A stretch of 64,000 nucleotides of DNA, from positions 81,098,001 through 81,162,000 of the forward strand of contig NC_058368.1 in NCBI RefSeq assembly GCF_018350175.1. Direction: 5' to 3'. Origin of the DNA: Felis catus. Its lineage: Eukaryota. The notes under the pieces were generated by a model that searched no databases, was not told the origin of the DNA, and saw only the letters and a list, made by a program, of their open reading frames with translations. The translations under genes and the position numbers were made by a program. Each line of letters starts with the position of its first letter. The first letter of the stretch is position 1. Shown here piece by piece: positions 11,494 to 23,144 of the stretch.

Positions 11494-11619
11494 ATGTTTT
11501 CACATGATTTTTGATAGTATAAAGGGATCTTGAGGCCAAGAAGTTTGAGAATGGCTGATCTCATCTGACCTCGTGGCCCACAGTAAGGGACCAGGCCAGG
11601 AGAGGGAGAACACCTCAGT

Positions 11620-12055
11620 GTCAGTCACAGGCTGAACTGAGTCCCCCAGAAGATCAAGTCCTGAGCCCCAGTACCTGTGACTGGGACCTCATTTGGAAAT
11701 AGGGTCATTACAGAAGTAATGAGGTGGCGATGAAGCCATCAGTATGACAAGTGTGACCGGTGTCTCTATAAAAGGTGACATGTGGAGGCAGAGACAGATG
11801 TGCATAGGCGACGGTGTGAAGATGGCCACTTGGAGGGAGAGCTCTGTGCGCCAGCCGAGGGCACCGGGACTGCCGGCCCTGGCCAGGAGCTGGAAGAGGC
11901 GAGGAAGAGCTGTCCTTGGAGCCTCAGAGGGAGCACCGCCCTGCTGATGCCCTGACAGTGCACGTCAGGCCTTGGAGGCTGTGAGACAGTCTGTTGGTGT
12001 TGTGCAGTCAGCAGCCTGCGGCGCTGTGATTTGTCAGCCTTGGGACACGGAAGCC
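11620..12055 (+). mobile_element. ERVL-MaLR solo LTR (MLT1B/C-like)
   Basis: GGCTGAACTGAGTCCCCC…CCCCAGTACCTGTGA…ATTTGGAAATAGGGTC…GGAGCTGGAAGAGGC…GAGCCTCAGAGGGAGCAC. Confidence 0.85.
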
Positions 12056-14099
12056 CATATGGATGCCCCTGTGCCGCCCCACACAGGTCCCCGGGTGATT
12101 TCACTCGTACCCCCCGGCCCTGCGCCAGGGGGACAGGTGACATTCTGTCCATTGTACATGTCAGGGAACCAGAGGTGCATGGGACCCCAGACATCTGGGT
12201 TGTGCTCTTGCCCAGACCTGCTCCCTCAAGGGCTCGGTGGCCAGGCTCAGGATTGTCTGTCGTTGGCCTACAGCGGTCTTTGGCCAAAATCACTCCATTT
12301 GCCGAGGCAGAATTTATCCTTTAGTTGTGTTATTCATACCAGTGAGGTAATTATTATTTAATTGCATTGGCCGAGTTCCTAACTGTAAAGTTAATTAATA
12401 ATTATTATTTTTTGCCAGGAACATTCGTTCAGTCAGCGTTAGGAGCCGTCAGTTTTCTCAGTGAATGCGGGAGCGCAGCCCAGCAAACACCGGTGGTCGG
12501 GGCTTCGGTTGGCAGGCAACGGAGGGGCCGGAGGGCCGGGGACCTGACCCGCCCAGGGTGACCCACGCAGAGAAGGGCGGCCGGGGTGGGGGGGGGGTGG
12601 GTTGGGCACACATGGGACCTGACCAGAGAGGGCAGAAAAGAGGGAACGGAGGAGGCGAGCCGACCTGTGCTCAGAGGAGTGTGTGGAGGCTGCCCAGGAA
12701 CCGGCAGGGCCTGGAGGCTGGCTCATCCCACGCTTTCCGCGTTGCCACATCCCACAGGCCCGGCTCGCTCGGCGGCAGGAAGCGTGCCCTGCTGCTGTTT
12801 CTGGAGGTACTTGTGGAATCTGTGACTTGCCCGGGATACCTGCTCTTCAGGAACAGGGCAGAGCCCACAGGGGCGGCCCACACTCTCTTCCTCAGGCTTA
12901 CTTCCTGTTTACCCTGTGGGGGCGCTGGTGTCTCCTCCTCGCCTCCCCCCTCTTCTTCCTCACCTCCACTCCCTACTCTTACGGACCTAGACTTTTTGCT
13001 TTTTCTCTCTTTTCCGCTGTGAAAGTCTACCTTTCAGGAAGTTTCTGAGAATCTTTCAGATTAATGTGTTAATGATTCTCCTCAGGGGAAGGGAAGCTTG
13101 AGGTTTTAACAGGGACAAAATTGCATTAACTTAAGAGGAAGCTGTGGCTCGCTGGTGACAGAATGTCAGTGATCTGGCAGATTTATGAAAAAGGGCCTTA
13201 TGGCCCCGCCCATGAAACCACACGGTCTACCCGCCACGAACACTGGCTGGTGAGGCATGCCCTCCCTATGCCTCAGTCTCCCCCACACACTTCCTAGGAA
13301 GTTCTTCCTGTTCAACTCGTATTCTCCGTAGCTGAGCCTGACATAGCTGGGGCCCCAGACTCGGGTGTTTGGCACGGAATGATGGGCAGCTGGCCTGGGA
13401 AGCAGCACTCCCGGGCACCCTGGCCCTGCCCGGCGTGAGTCCCGGCTCTCTGGAGAGTGACCTGACCGTGCACTTCCGTGAGGCTGGGAAGGGGGGTGCA
13501 GGGCCTGGCGAGGGAGCACGCCCGCTTTCCGTCCTTGACGGTTTGTCACGCTCGTTTCTATTTCACAGCACACGAATTCATTAAGAAGCCGGAGGTTGCC
13601 CTTCCTTCCCCCTGGCGAATAACTTCCATGTAATTTGGTGGAGAGGCTACTCTTAACTGAGGTCACCCAGGTCACCCACACCTCCTGCCACTTGGTGGGC
13701 GTGGGCCCAGGGCCCGGACAGCAAGTCCTCCAGGGTCCCCCACCGGCCTGTCTGCACAGGGTCAACGTGAGGCCTTCTTCTCCTGCCGGGCCGCACTCAC
13801 TGGGGTATTTCATGATTCTTTCACGTGGCAGAAATCACGGAAGTACGTCGGTGTGGAGGGAAATCATAAGCAATTGATTCAAATTGGAGAAGCCAGTTGA
13901 TGAGACGCGTTTTCCCTGGTGATTTGTGTTAAGTGCACAAAATCAGGCCAGCCTTTGTGTTGTAACCGAGCCGCTCTCACAGCGGACAAATATTTCCTAC
14001 CTAACAATTAACTTGCAGATGAGTCCATCTGAGCTATCCAGAGGGCAGATTACCCGGTTGTTGGATTATCCCGGACCCTCGTCTGCCCTCATTACATCC

Positions 14100-15600
14100 C
14101 TGCAGATAATGAGAAGACTCCCTCATGGCAGGATTGAGAAGGTGCCTTTATAATGTGTCGTCTGACTCTGTGTCCGATCATTCCTTCCCCGGCTTCCCCC
14201 CAGGGTGCTTGGTCGTGTCGGTATCCGGGGGGAGAGAAGGTAGCTCGGGTTGTCAAGGGCACACAGGCTGTGCCCTGGCAGCTGACCGCACTCCTGTTGT
14301 CTTTGAGGCCAACTCTGCGCTTTTTCTCTTGGACGCTGTCTTTGCGCTCTACACTGGAAAATGAAGTGCAGGCTCCATCTGGAATCTCATGGTGTTCTCT
14401 TTGGAACACACTGACCATCGCTACTCACTAGAGTTTGCATTCTTAGATGCCCTGTCACTTTCTGTCATCTATTCCAGTTTTGCTGGAGACATCCTCGGGA
14501 ATTGGCTCCACGATTAGCTATTATGTGCTCGTGTTTGATTGCGAACACGTTTCTGGCGGGCGTGCCAAGGAAACTTGGTGCCGTGTCTACGGAAGACCCT
14601 TAGTTGACCAGCTTGGGGATGAGCCGGAATGTCGGTCATCTGAACGGACCATTTCTTCACAGATGGGCAGGTCACCATAATGGAGTCAACTTGGTAACCT
14701 GATGGCTGAAAGGCCAGCCCTTAAGCTGCCTTTCACCAGCCAGTAGATGGGAGGGGTCAGGGTGTGGCCCCCCCTCGCCTGCCAGCCGCCCCTTCTTATT
14801 GAGGGCGGTGTTCACACCGCAAAAGTCAGACGAGATACTGAAGACTTGTCACAAGGCTTTATTTTCTCCGTAACCTGTGTGGAGAGCAATGATGACCTTA
14901 CCACTTGGAATTTGTTAAAATCTAAATTCAGCAGTTACCACCAGCTGGGGTGTGTGACTGCCTTCTTCCACCTGTGGGTCTGAGTTTGAATTCGTACACT
15001 GTCCGGGGTTGCCCTACCAGTGAGCGCTTGGCATTCGGCATATTTGCCGTAAGTTGAAAAGTTTGTATTCCTCTGTATTGGGTCCAGACATGGGGAGACT
15101 GGTTAGAAGGCCATTGTGTTGGTTGTCGCCCGTCACATAAATTAAGACAGTTATTTCCTGTGCACTTTCAAATACAATCCAATAACCTGGTAAGTTCTCC
15201 CTCCAATGAGAAATCTGACTTTAGTTAGTATCAGAGGGAGGAGATGCCCAAAGGGTGTGTTTGCAGGGCATGGTGGGAAAGAGAGTATCGTCTCTCCGAT
15301 GGAGACAGGTTCCGCCTATGTGATGTTTCATGAGCTGTGGGCATCGTCCCAGACTTCAGTCCTGCCTTTCTAGTGACTCCAAATGAACAAAGTTCATCTG
15401 ATCCTAACACAGGCTTTATTTCATGAAAGCAGGTCATATCCAAAAAGAATCGGAAGGCTATTTCTTGGACTTTCCAGGCGAGCGAGGATGTTGCGTTGGC
15501 GTTGATTACACCAAGGGCACTGTCCGCGGCCTTCAGGTAGAATGTCATTTGAAGTAGACATTGAATTAGAGCAGAGGATTCCACTCTCTGCGAAATTGGA
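14100..15600 (-). mobile_element. Possible very old LINE ORF2 5' (endonuclease) fossil
   Basis: Minus-strand peptides SLAWKV…DMTCFHE (~15485-15420) and VDSIMVT (~14690-14670) loosely resemble APE motifs xSWNV…DIICLQE and IDYILVS in the expected order; weak. Confidence 0.3.
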
Positions 15601-18369
15601 GGCTCTTCAGACCGCTGTGAACAGCATGAGAAAATGCTGGAATGTGGCAAAAGGCCGTGGCCAGGAATGGGAGCAGGAGAAGTTTAGTCCAAGGAGGATC
15701 CTGGGCCTCTCACATCAGAGGAGCCTCGGACGAGCGGGCAACCAGGGGGAGGAAAGACGTAATTACAGGGAGAGCAGGCGTGTGGCTGGTGCGTAGGGCT
15801 GTCATGTGCTGTGTAGATAAACCTTGTAGGACGGACGTGCACAGTCAGAGAGCAGAGCTGCGAGTCCGGGACGAGAGACAAGACTCTGGCAGGCACGGTG
15901 GCCCCCATACGTGTGGCCAGCACCATTGCGAACAGGGAGAAGGATCTTGATGCAAGAGACAGGATCAGTGGAAACCAAGGAACATAGTGGGAAAACCCTA
16001 GGGATGTGGGGAGAAATGACAACCAATGGGGGCCTCAAGCTTAGAAGGTAGCACAAAACTATGAAAGGCATGAAGAGATCTGAGTCTACAGTGGAACGTG
16101 AGGGTGCAGGAAGGTGAGCAGAGGCCAACACACAGCCATGGAAGGATAAGAAGACGCCCCTGTTGCTTCTCTAACCAGTGAGCAAACTGCAGATTCTGGG
16201 ACACGTGTGGGGAACAGCCAGACAGTGTGTCCAGAGGCCTGGGTGTGTACATTTATTCTGAATGGGACTCCGTCCACCGATTCCCAGTAAGATTCAGCCC
16301 AGTCTCTTCTCTGGTCTCTGCTTCGGGGCCAGGGACATTGTCTGTGCCTCTGGCTGCGGGGCTGTGAGGAGGACAAGTAGGGGGCTACGCACAGCACCCT
16401 GCACGTCCCCCACTGATAATCACTGCCTGGATGAGTCCACACACGACTGAAGAGATTTGCGTATGCACACAAATCACACTCCCAACCGCACATGGGACCT
16501 CCCACGCCATGTGGACTCAGGAAGTATTCCATTCAGATACAGCGTCCATGTTAGTGCTGCTCATTCACTCCTGGACACGCAGGAGAACTGCATTTTCCCG
16601 CCAGGTGAGGCCTGGCATGGTGATGAGGACCGTGGACACGTGTCACTCCTGAGTGGACACACTGCAGGGTGGGGTCTCCACGCTCCCTTTCCCCGTGATT
16701 GTGGAAGCACTGGCTGATATGGAGAGGGCATAAGATAGAAGCTTCCAGAAGGCTGAGCCAGCACATGATGGGCGGCCCTGCAGAGCATCCTTGACCCACA
16801 GCTTGAGCTGCGAAGTGCTGAGAACCAGGTTAGTTATGTCAAACCATGGAGGCTTTGGTGCCAGCTGTCACAGCGGCATGACTGGACCTACCCTGACTAG
16901 AAGTGGCCTCTGCAGTTCATCTTCCTTGGGTCCAGGCACGCTTGAACCAGGACAGGCCTGGGACTGGAGTCAGAGTGGACACAAAACCTCCTGGAAAGAA
17001 GGCTGCCTGGCATCGCTTATGGTCTCCGAAGAATGGCGCTCGGCCCCCGGGAGAAGTGCCTTCCTGAGCTGGTGCAGGAAGGGAGCCCGAGGCTCCCCCA
17101 CCCGGCCGCCCTTCGGTGGCAGACCTGCCTGTCAGGCACAGATGCCGCGGTGCTCACTGCACGTGCAGCCCTGCGCCCCGAGGCCACCCTGCGCACGGGA
17201 GCCAGTGCGCCCTCCAACGGGGCAAGTCCGACAGACATGCACACACCTACCGCTGGCTGCCTCCCCTCGGCGGCCAGTCACCTAACGATGCCCGTGGCAG
17301 GGTGGGGGCTTGGACAGACAACCACTGGAAGGGGAATGGGCCCCACTCTGGGGAGGGAACCCCAGGACAGCAGCTGCCTGTCGGTCTCCCCGAAGCAGGC
17401 ACGTGAGCAGCCTGGCTCACGGCCACCTGCCTCCCAAGGCAAGGGCACTTACAGAGTCTCTACTCACAGAGATGCCGGATAAGGGGGAAGGGGATGGGAG
17501 GGTCCGGGAGGCCCGCGTGCCCTGCGCTCGGGCACGAGATCTGCACGTCTGGCCATAAACATCAGCCTGGCTCAGTTCGGCTCCCGTGTGCTGTGTGGAC
17601 CGGGGCTGAGGTGCTGGGAGCACGCGCTGCCAGGCGAGTGCGGGCTTGGCCCCACCTTCCGGCCATTTCCTCGGCCGTGAAACAGAGAAGGACAAGCCTG
17701 CAGCCGCGTGGACGGCGGGATGATGCACGTTCAAGTTCTCAGTAAGCTGCAAAGAGCGAGTCTGTGCTCTTACAATGCTGACAACTCTGAGCGGCGTGGA
17801 CGGCAGGCAGGGAGGGCATCCAGCCTCCTTGACCTGGCACAGGCCCCCAACGGCCATCAGCCGACCTCATGGGGCTGGTCGAGGGTCATCCTGTCCCCGT
17901 CTGCCACTGCCTGTGTGGCCCGCGCGGCCGCGTGTCTAGACTCAGGCCCTGCCGCCCATCACACGGCCTTCTCACCCCGTGGCCTTGTGGGTGACCACCC
18001 CGCCAGGCCTTGTGTCTTCAAGAGCAGCCTCTACGTGACCGGAGACAATGGTGGCACCATAACCAGAGCCGGGAAATGGTTGTGAGCTGGCAGTTTCTTC
18101 CAGAACAGGCGTGTGCCCAAGAGTGCAGTTACCCCAGGAAAATGTTTGGCCAACCTACCCCCTGTTCCGTACTCTCTCCCTTCGCCTCCCGAAGTGGGCC
18201 AGGGTTGGGGGGGGCCTGCAAGTTTGGGGGCTGGTGGGAGACAGCGACCGTGAGGCCAGCAGCCTGTGTGCCTGAGTGCCCCCCGCACTCTGGGTTCAGG
18301 TCCCGCAGACATTTGCCGTGAAGTCAGTGCCGAGTCCTGACAGGGTTTTTTATTTTTTACTTTTTTGTA

Positions 18370-18945
18370 TTCCTCTCATTTCTGTTGAAATGTGACACTC
18401 AAATTTGAGACGGGAGCAGAGATCAACAAACCCTGTCAGCCCTTGTCAGCCCAGGTGTGACAGTACCAGCTTCCTAAATTACCGCTAATCCGCCGGGGTC
18501 TCTGGATCCGCAGCCTTCATCGAGCTGTTTGCTCACATTCAGTTAACACTTCACATCTCCCCTTCCGAGGTGTCACTGTTTGCCATTTAGTGAGTAGGCA
18601 GAACCGTGAGAGCGCCGTGAAGCACACAGATTTGGGACGCCGAGAAAGCTGATTAGCTATTCAGGGGGAATAATCTTATTGAGAGCAGTGAGTGCCGCGT
18701 AGAGAATGCTTCTCCCTTCCCGGTAACAATCTTCTAATTATGTTGTCAGGCTTGCTGTTGGGTTCTCCCCCTGTGCCATTAAGAAACCGTTTTCTGTGTT
18801 AAGAAAGAGATTTCCAGATTGTGATGCTGTTTGCTGATTTTTTTTTTTATTGTTTAAAGAATCTGTATGTATTAAACCAAACATTAAAAAATGACTCATG
18901 TGCAGCATAATTACTTGGGACACGGCATAATTACTTGGGACACGG
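18370..18945. promoter_or_regulatory. Candidate developmental enhancer
   Basis: AGGTGTGA 18453 and AGGTGTCA 18568 (T-box-like); TGTCA/TGACAG cluster 18433-18463; TAATCC 18486; TGTTTGC at 18526 and 18578; conservation not tested. Confidence 0.4.
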
Positions 18946-19744
18946 CCCGGCGACACGGGTGGGGGTGCGGGCGGAAGGGGTGCACGGGGTGCTTGCGCGG
19001 GGTGGGGGGCGGGCGAGAGCTGGAACCGCACGTCAGTGCGCCTCCGACCCACGCAGCCAAGGGGTCGGCAGGGGCCGGTAGTGCAGTGCGGCTGGAGGAT
19101 CCCAGTCCCTGCCTGAGAGGGATGAATCACGGAGCCAGAAGACGGTGCCCACCCTGGAGCTGCGGCCTCTGATCTCAGACCCGAGTCAAGTGGGAGAGAG
19201 TCGGGGGCCAGGCAGAGTGCGGGGGACACTGCTCTTTGTGGGCAGGCAGTGTCTTCCTTCACACTACCTGCTCCCTGCTAACTTAAATAATGACTGGCCA
19301 GGAGCTTTTTCTTAATCTCTGCACGAGCCAGGGCACAAAGAGTGGGTATCAACAGGTTGCATTATAACAAATCTCAAAAAATAAACCTTGAAACCAAAGC
19401 TCCACGTGCCGCGCAGCAAATACAGTGTTTCTGGGGGTCTCCTCACTGGGACCCTGTACGTACTCATCACGAGGACTCGGGCTCCCTTTCTCTTGCTATG
19501 GGAGGAGTGTAGGCGGTTCCATTTGGAATTAATGTGCTTGGGAGCTTGATGACAACACCAGCTGGTGTGTTTACGGAAGGGCAGAGAGTGGTACCAAAAA
19601 GACCCATCTCGTAGGTCTGACCTACGTGTCAGGAGGACTCTGTCATTCGTCAATCACTGAGCAACCAAGCAAGTGAGGCTGGCTCCGTGCCTCCGCGACG
19701 CTGGGCAAGGCTTCCTGGGAGGGTGTCAGCGTGGGCAGAACTGA

Positions 19745-19866
19745 GCCTGGGCCATCTTGGAGGAATGCGTCACCTCTCTGAACCTTGCAAGTAAGAATGA
19801 ATATTCACTTCAGCATTGTTGTGAGGCTCAAAAGAAATTGCCCGACACCAGTTGGTGCTCATTAAA
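19745..19866 (+). mobile_element. MIR fragment
   Basis: TCACCTCTCTGAACCTT…TTGTTGTGAGGCTCAAA…GGTGCTCATTAAAT. Confidence 0.55.
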
Positions 19867-20169
19867 TCATACATTTTCTGACGTGGTCGGTCAGGCCGCC
19901 CGATGCCGATTTCCAGTCGGGCTCTCTCTCCTCCTGCGTTTTGTTGCGTGTTCTCGGTGAGCGAGACGCACACACAATTTGAAAGATGCGGAAGAGTCAA
20001 GTTCTGGGGTTCATCACTTTGAGGCCCATCTACTCCCTCTTTTACATTTTGGGGTTGGACCCCGGGAATGGAGCTCACTCAACACCAAGCCATAAACCCA
20101 GGGAAGATGAGGACCCCCCAGCAGCATTCCACTGTTGCAGGGGTTACCGTGAGTCCCCTGACCAGGCTG

Positions 20170-20765
20170 CTGCTAGCTGGTTATTTTCAACACCTTACAT
20201 TACATCCAAGGCTACCGTGCGTATGTTTGAACACACGTGGTTTGCACCTGAGTCGGCGTATATGATAGATAAATTCCCTCAAGTGCAATTTCTGGGTCAA
20301 AACGTATATGTATTTTTTATAGGAAATAGCCGAATAGCTCTCGGTAGATTCTGTACCGACTTGCCTCCCCTCAGACCCCATCAGAGAGCATATCTCCCCA
20401 CGTCTGACGTCCACACCAGTTCAAGATGCTCTCTGACTTTTTGATCTTTGCCGACCCAAGACAGAAATGATGGTGTCTCACTGTGGTTATAATTTGTATT
20501 TCTCTTTTTATGAGTAAAGTTGGTAGTTTTATGTGTAAGAGGCATTTGTGTCTCATTTTCTGTGAACTGTCTGCTTATATCCTGTGACCATTTGCTCTAA
20601 TAGATTGCCGGTCTTTCGCTCATTGATTTGTGGAAGTTCTTTATCTACTAGACAAATTAGCACTTTATAATATGAGTTTGAATATTTTGATCTGGTTAGT
20701 CATTTGTCTTTTCTCTTTGTTCCCGTTCCTTTTGTAATTCAACATTTTTTTTTCAAATTTTTTGT
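20170..20765 (-). mobile_element. Old L1 (L1ME-like) fragment
   Basis: GAAATGATGGTGTCTCACTGTGGTTATAATTTGTATTTCTCT…TTTCTGTGAACTGTCTGCTTATATCC: antisense L1 ORF2 end. Confidence 0.8.
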
Positions 20766-20769
20766 GTAA

Positions 20770-21790
20770 GGTGAGTCAAAGACTTCTTAGGTGTGACACC
20801 AAAAGCACGATCTGTAAGAGAAAATAAAATGATAAATTGAACATAATCAAAATTAAGGACTTCAGCTCTTCAAAGGGCACTGTCAAGACAATGGAAAGAC
20901 AAGTCACACACTGGGAGAAAATATTTGCAAATCATATATCTGATAAAAAAAAAGGCTTGCATCCAGAATACATAAGGAACTCTTAGAACTCAATAATAAA
21001 AAGACAAATAACCCAATTTAAAAAGTGGGCGTAAATATCTGAACAGACATTTCACCAAAGAAGAGACATAAATGGCCAGTGAGCACATTGAGGGACGCGC
21101 AGCATCATTAGTCATAGGAAGACGCAGACTGAAGCCGTAAGGGGACAGCGCTTCACACCCACTAAGCAGGGCGTCAGCGGCTGGACTGACAGCAAAGCGC
21201 TGGGGAGGATGTGGGGCAACTGGTCTCCACAGGTTGCCAGTGGGGACATCAGACGGAGTGGCCGCTTTGGAATCCGTGTCGGCAGCTCCTTTAAAAGGTG
21301 ACACGGTTTACCATATGGCACGGCCGTCACGCTCCCCGGTGTCTACCAGGAGACCCAAGCGCAAACGCACGTCCGCACGATGACCCGCACACGGTGTTCA
21401 TAGCAGCCTGCACCGTAGCCCAAATGCACAAGTACCCAGTGTCTGCGGGAGGCTGCGGGGACACACACACCCCCCAGGACGTTATTCAGGAGGACAAAGG
21501 AGCACGCTGATGATGCACACAACGGCGCGCACGGCAGAATAACTCTCCTGAGTGAAGGAAACCTCACAAACGGCGTGCACACGTGTGCCTCTGTTTACAC
21601 AACCTTCCAGAAAATGCACTCGTCTTCAGAGGTCGCTGGGGAGCGTGCCGTGGCGGAAGTCAGGATTGTGACCGCATGTGGTGTCTAGGTTGTGGGGGTG
21701 GCTTCATGGCAGTCCACGCATCAAAACCATCAGATGGTTCGCTTCCCGAATGTGGGTTTACCGTACAACAGATAACCCCCAACAAGCTGC
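20770..21790 (+). mobile_element. L1MB-like ORF2 end and 3' UTR nested in the older antisense L1
   Basis: GACACCAAAAGCACGATC…CTGGGAGAAAATATTTGCAAATCATATATCTGATAA…GAACAGACATTTCACCAAAGAAGA. Confidence 0.85.
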
Positions 21791-21859
21791 TCAGGAAAGG
21801 GGGAGGTTGTGTGAGGAGCAGTCTTATGGGTTCTGGGTCTTGGGGTCATGAAAACAATT

Positions 21860-22440
21860 CTGTGTTTCTTCTAGTATTTTCTGTAAAGCCACACAGAGAC
21901 TTCACAGCTTCATCTGTCGCTTGTATGTGGTCCTACCTGCGGTGCATACAGTAGAAATCCAGCTTTTTTTCCCGACCAGGCAACATCGTTTACTGTAAAA
22001 ATCGATCTTCCTACACACCCCAAAGTGCCATCTGTCATGAAGTTTAAGCCCTGATTGTATTCGGCTCTGTTTCTGGACTTTCCTTTTTGATCTTTCTGTC
22101 CTTCTGCTTTTGTACCAGCATCACCCTGTTGTGATTTCTGTAGCTTTCAAAATATATTTTAATATTTCATGTGGAAAATCGAGTGATTTCTTTATTACTT
22201 CTAATTTGTAAAACATCTGACTATTCTCGCTGTTTTGCTTTTCCAAATTCAGAGCCCGTGTATCCTCCTGCCTGTGCTCTGTGAAAGGTGGTATTGATCA
22301 GGTGTGCCGAACGGTGTAGACCGCCTCAGGGAGGGCAGCTTGACGCTCTTGACTTTTCCTGTCACAGCCCTACTTATCCTAGAACTTTTCCATTGACTTG
22401 TCTCTCCAGTAGGGTTTTAATTTATTTCATGTAACAGGTC
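21860..22440 (-). mobile_element. Old L1 (L1ME-like) continuation
   Basis: TTTCTTCTAGTATTTT…GGCTCTGTTTCTGGACTT…TGTACCAGCATCACCCTGTT…TGTAGCTTT. Confidence 0.65.
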
Positions 22441-23144
22441 TCCTTTTCAATGAAGTAAGTATTTTAAGACCCTGTGGAAATTTAAAGATAAGATGGTCAT
22501 ATGTGGCCCTGTTGCTTGCTGAGCAGGTTACCAAGCCTGTTAACCTGTCTGCACCCCGGCCATCCTGTCACCCCAGACGTCACGCCACCTTCGCCGAGAC
22601 AAGCCTGGCAGGAGAGGCAGGTGCACACAGACCGCACAGTGTCCAGGCAGGCCTGGCCGTGACCCTGCGACTCTGCCCGGGCGCCGGGACACCGAGGAGT
22701 TCCGGGAAGCAGGCCGGCCTCCTCCACGACCAGGCCGGCACCCGCCGCGTTCCCTCCCCAGACTTGAGCTATTTTCCGATTCTTGACTCCCTGGGCCACC
22801 ATTGAATCCACCAACCCTGCTCAATACCTTCCAGTAAGGGCTGTGAGGGCCGATCAAACTCACATTAGGCCCAAAGGACAGACCTCAGCGCCTTCTGCTG
22901 GGCCCCTAACGCTCTGCTTAGTTGTAAGAGTAGTAACGGCCATCGGGGCCTGGGTCAGACATCCTGACAGCACATCCTGCCCCAGCACCTCAGTGGGTCA
23001 GGTGTGGCGCTGTCCCATGTGCAGACAAGCAGCCTGATGGGATGGGAAGTTCCACAGCTGGGAGGGGTCGGGTCAGGTTCGAGCCCATGCATTTTTGCTG
23101 CAGGGCCTAAACCCCAAAGCTGTTCATCCATCATCACACATTTA

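Larger units (their letters stand above)
9245..11557 (+). mobile_element. hAT-Charlie DNA transposon remnant (Charlie1-like), split by three SINEs and one L1
   Basis: Degenerate transposase segments (VGICTG…; CTTCACTGCCACGCACTTGCAG; CAGTATTTGTTG…AGTTAGAATT); diagnostic ATTTGCAAAAATGTAAAAAATAATGCCATTCTTCTCACT; terminus AAGTTTGAGAATGGCTG. Confidence 0.8.

Noticed and set aside
17208..17223. CTCF-like site on the minus strand (CCGTTGGAGGGCGC)
   Set aside because: Two core mismatches in very GC-rich DNA; expected by chance
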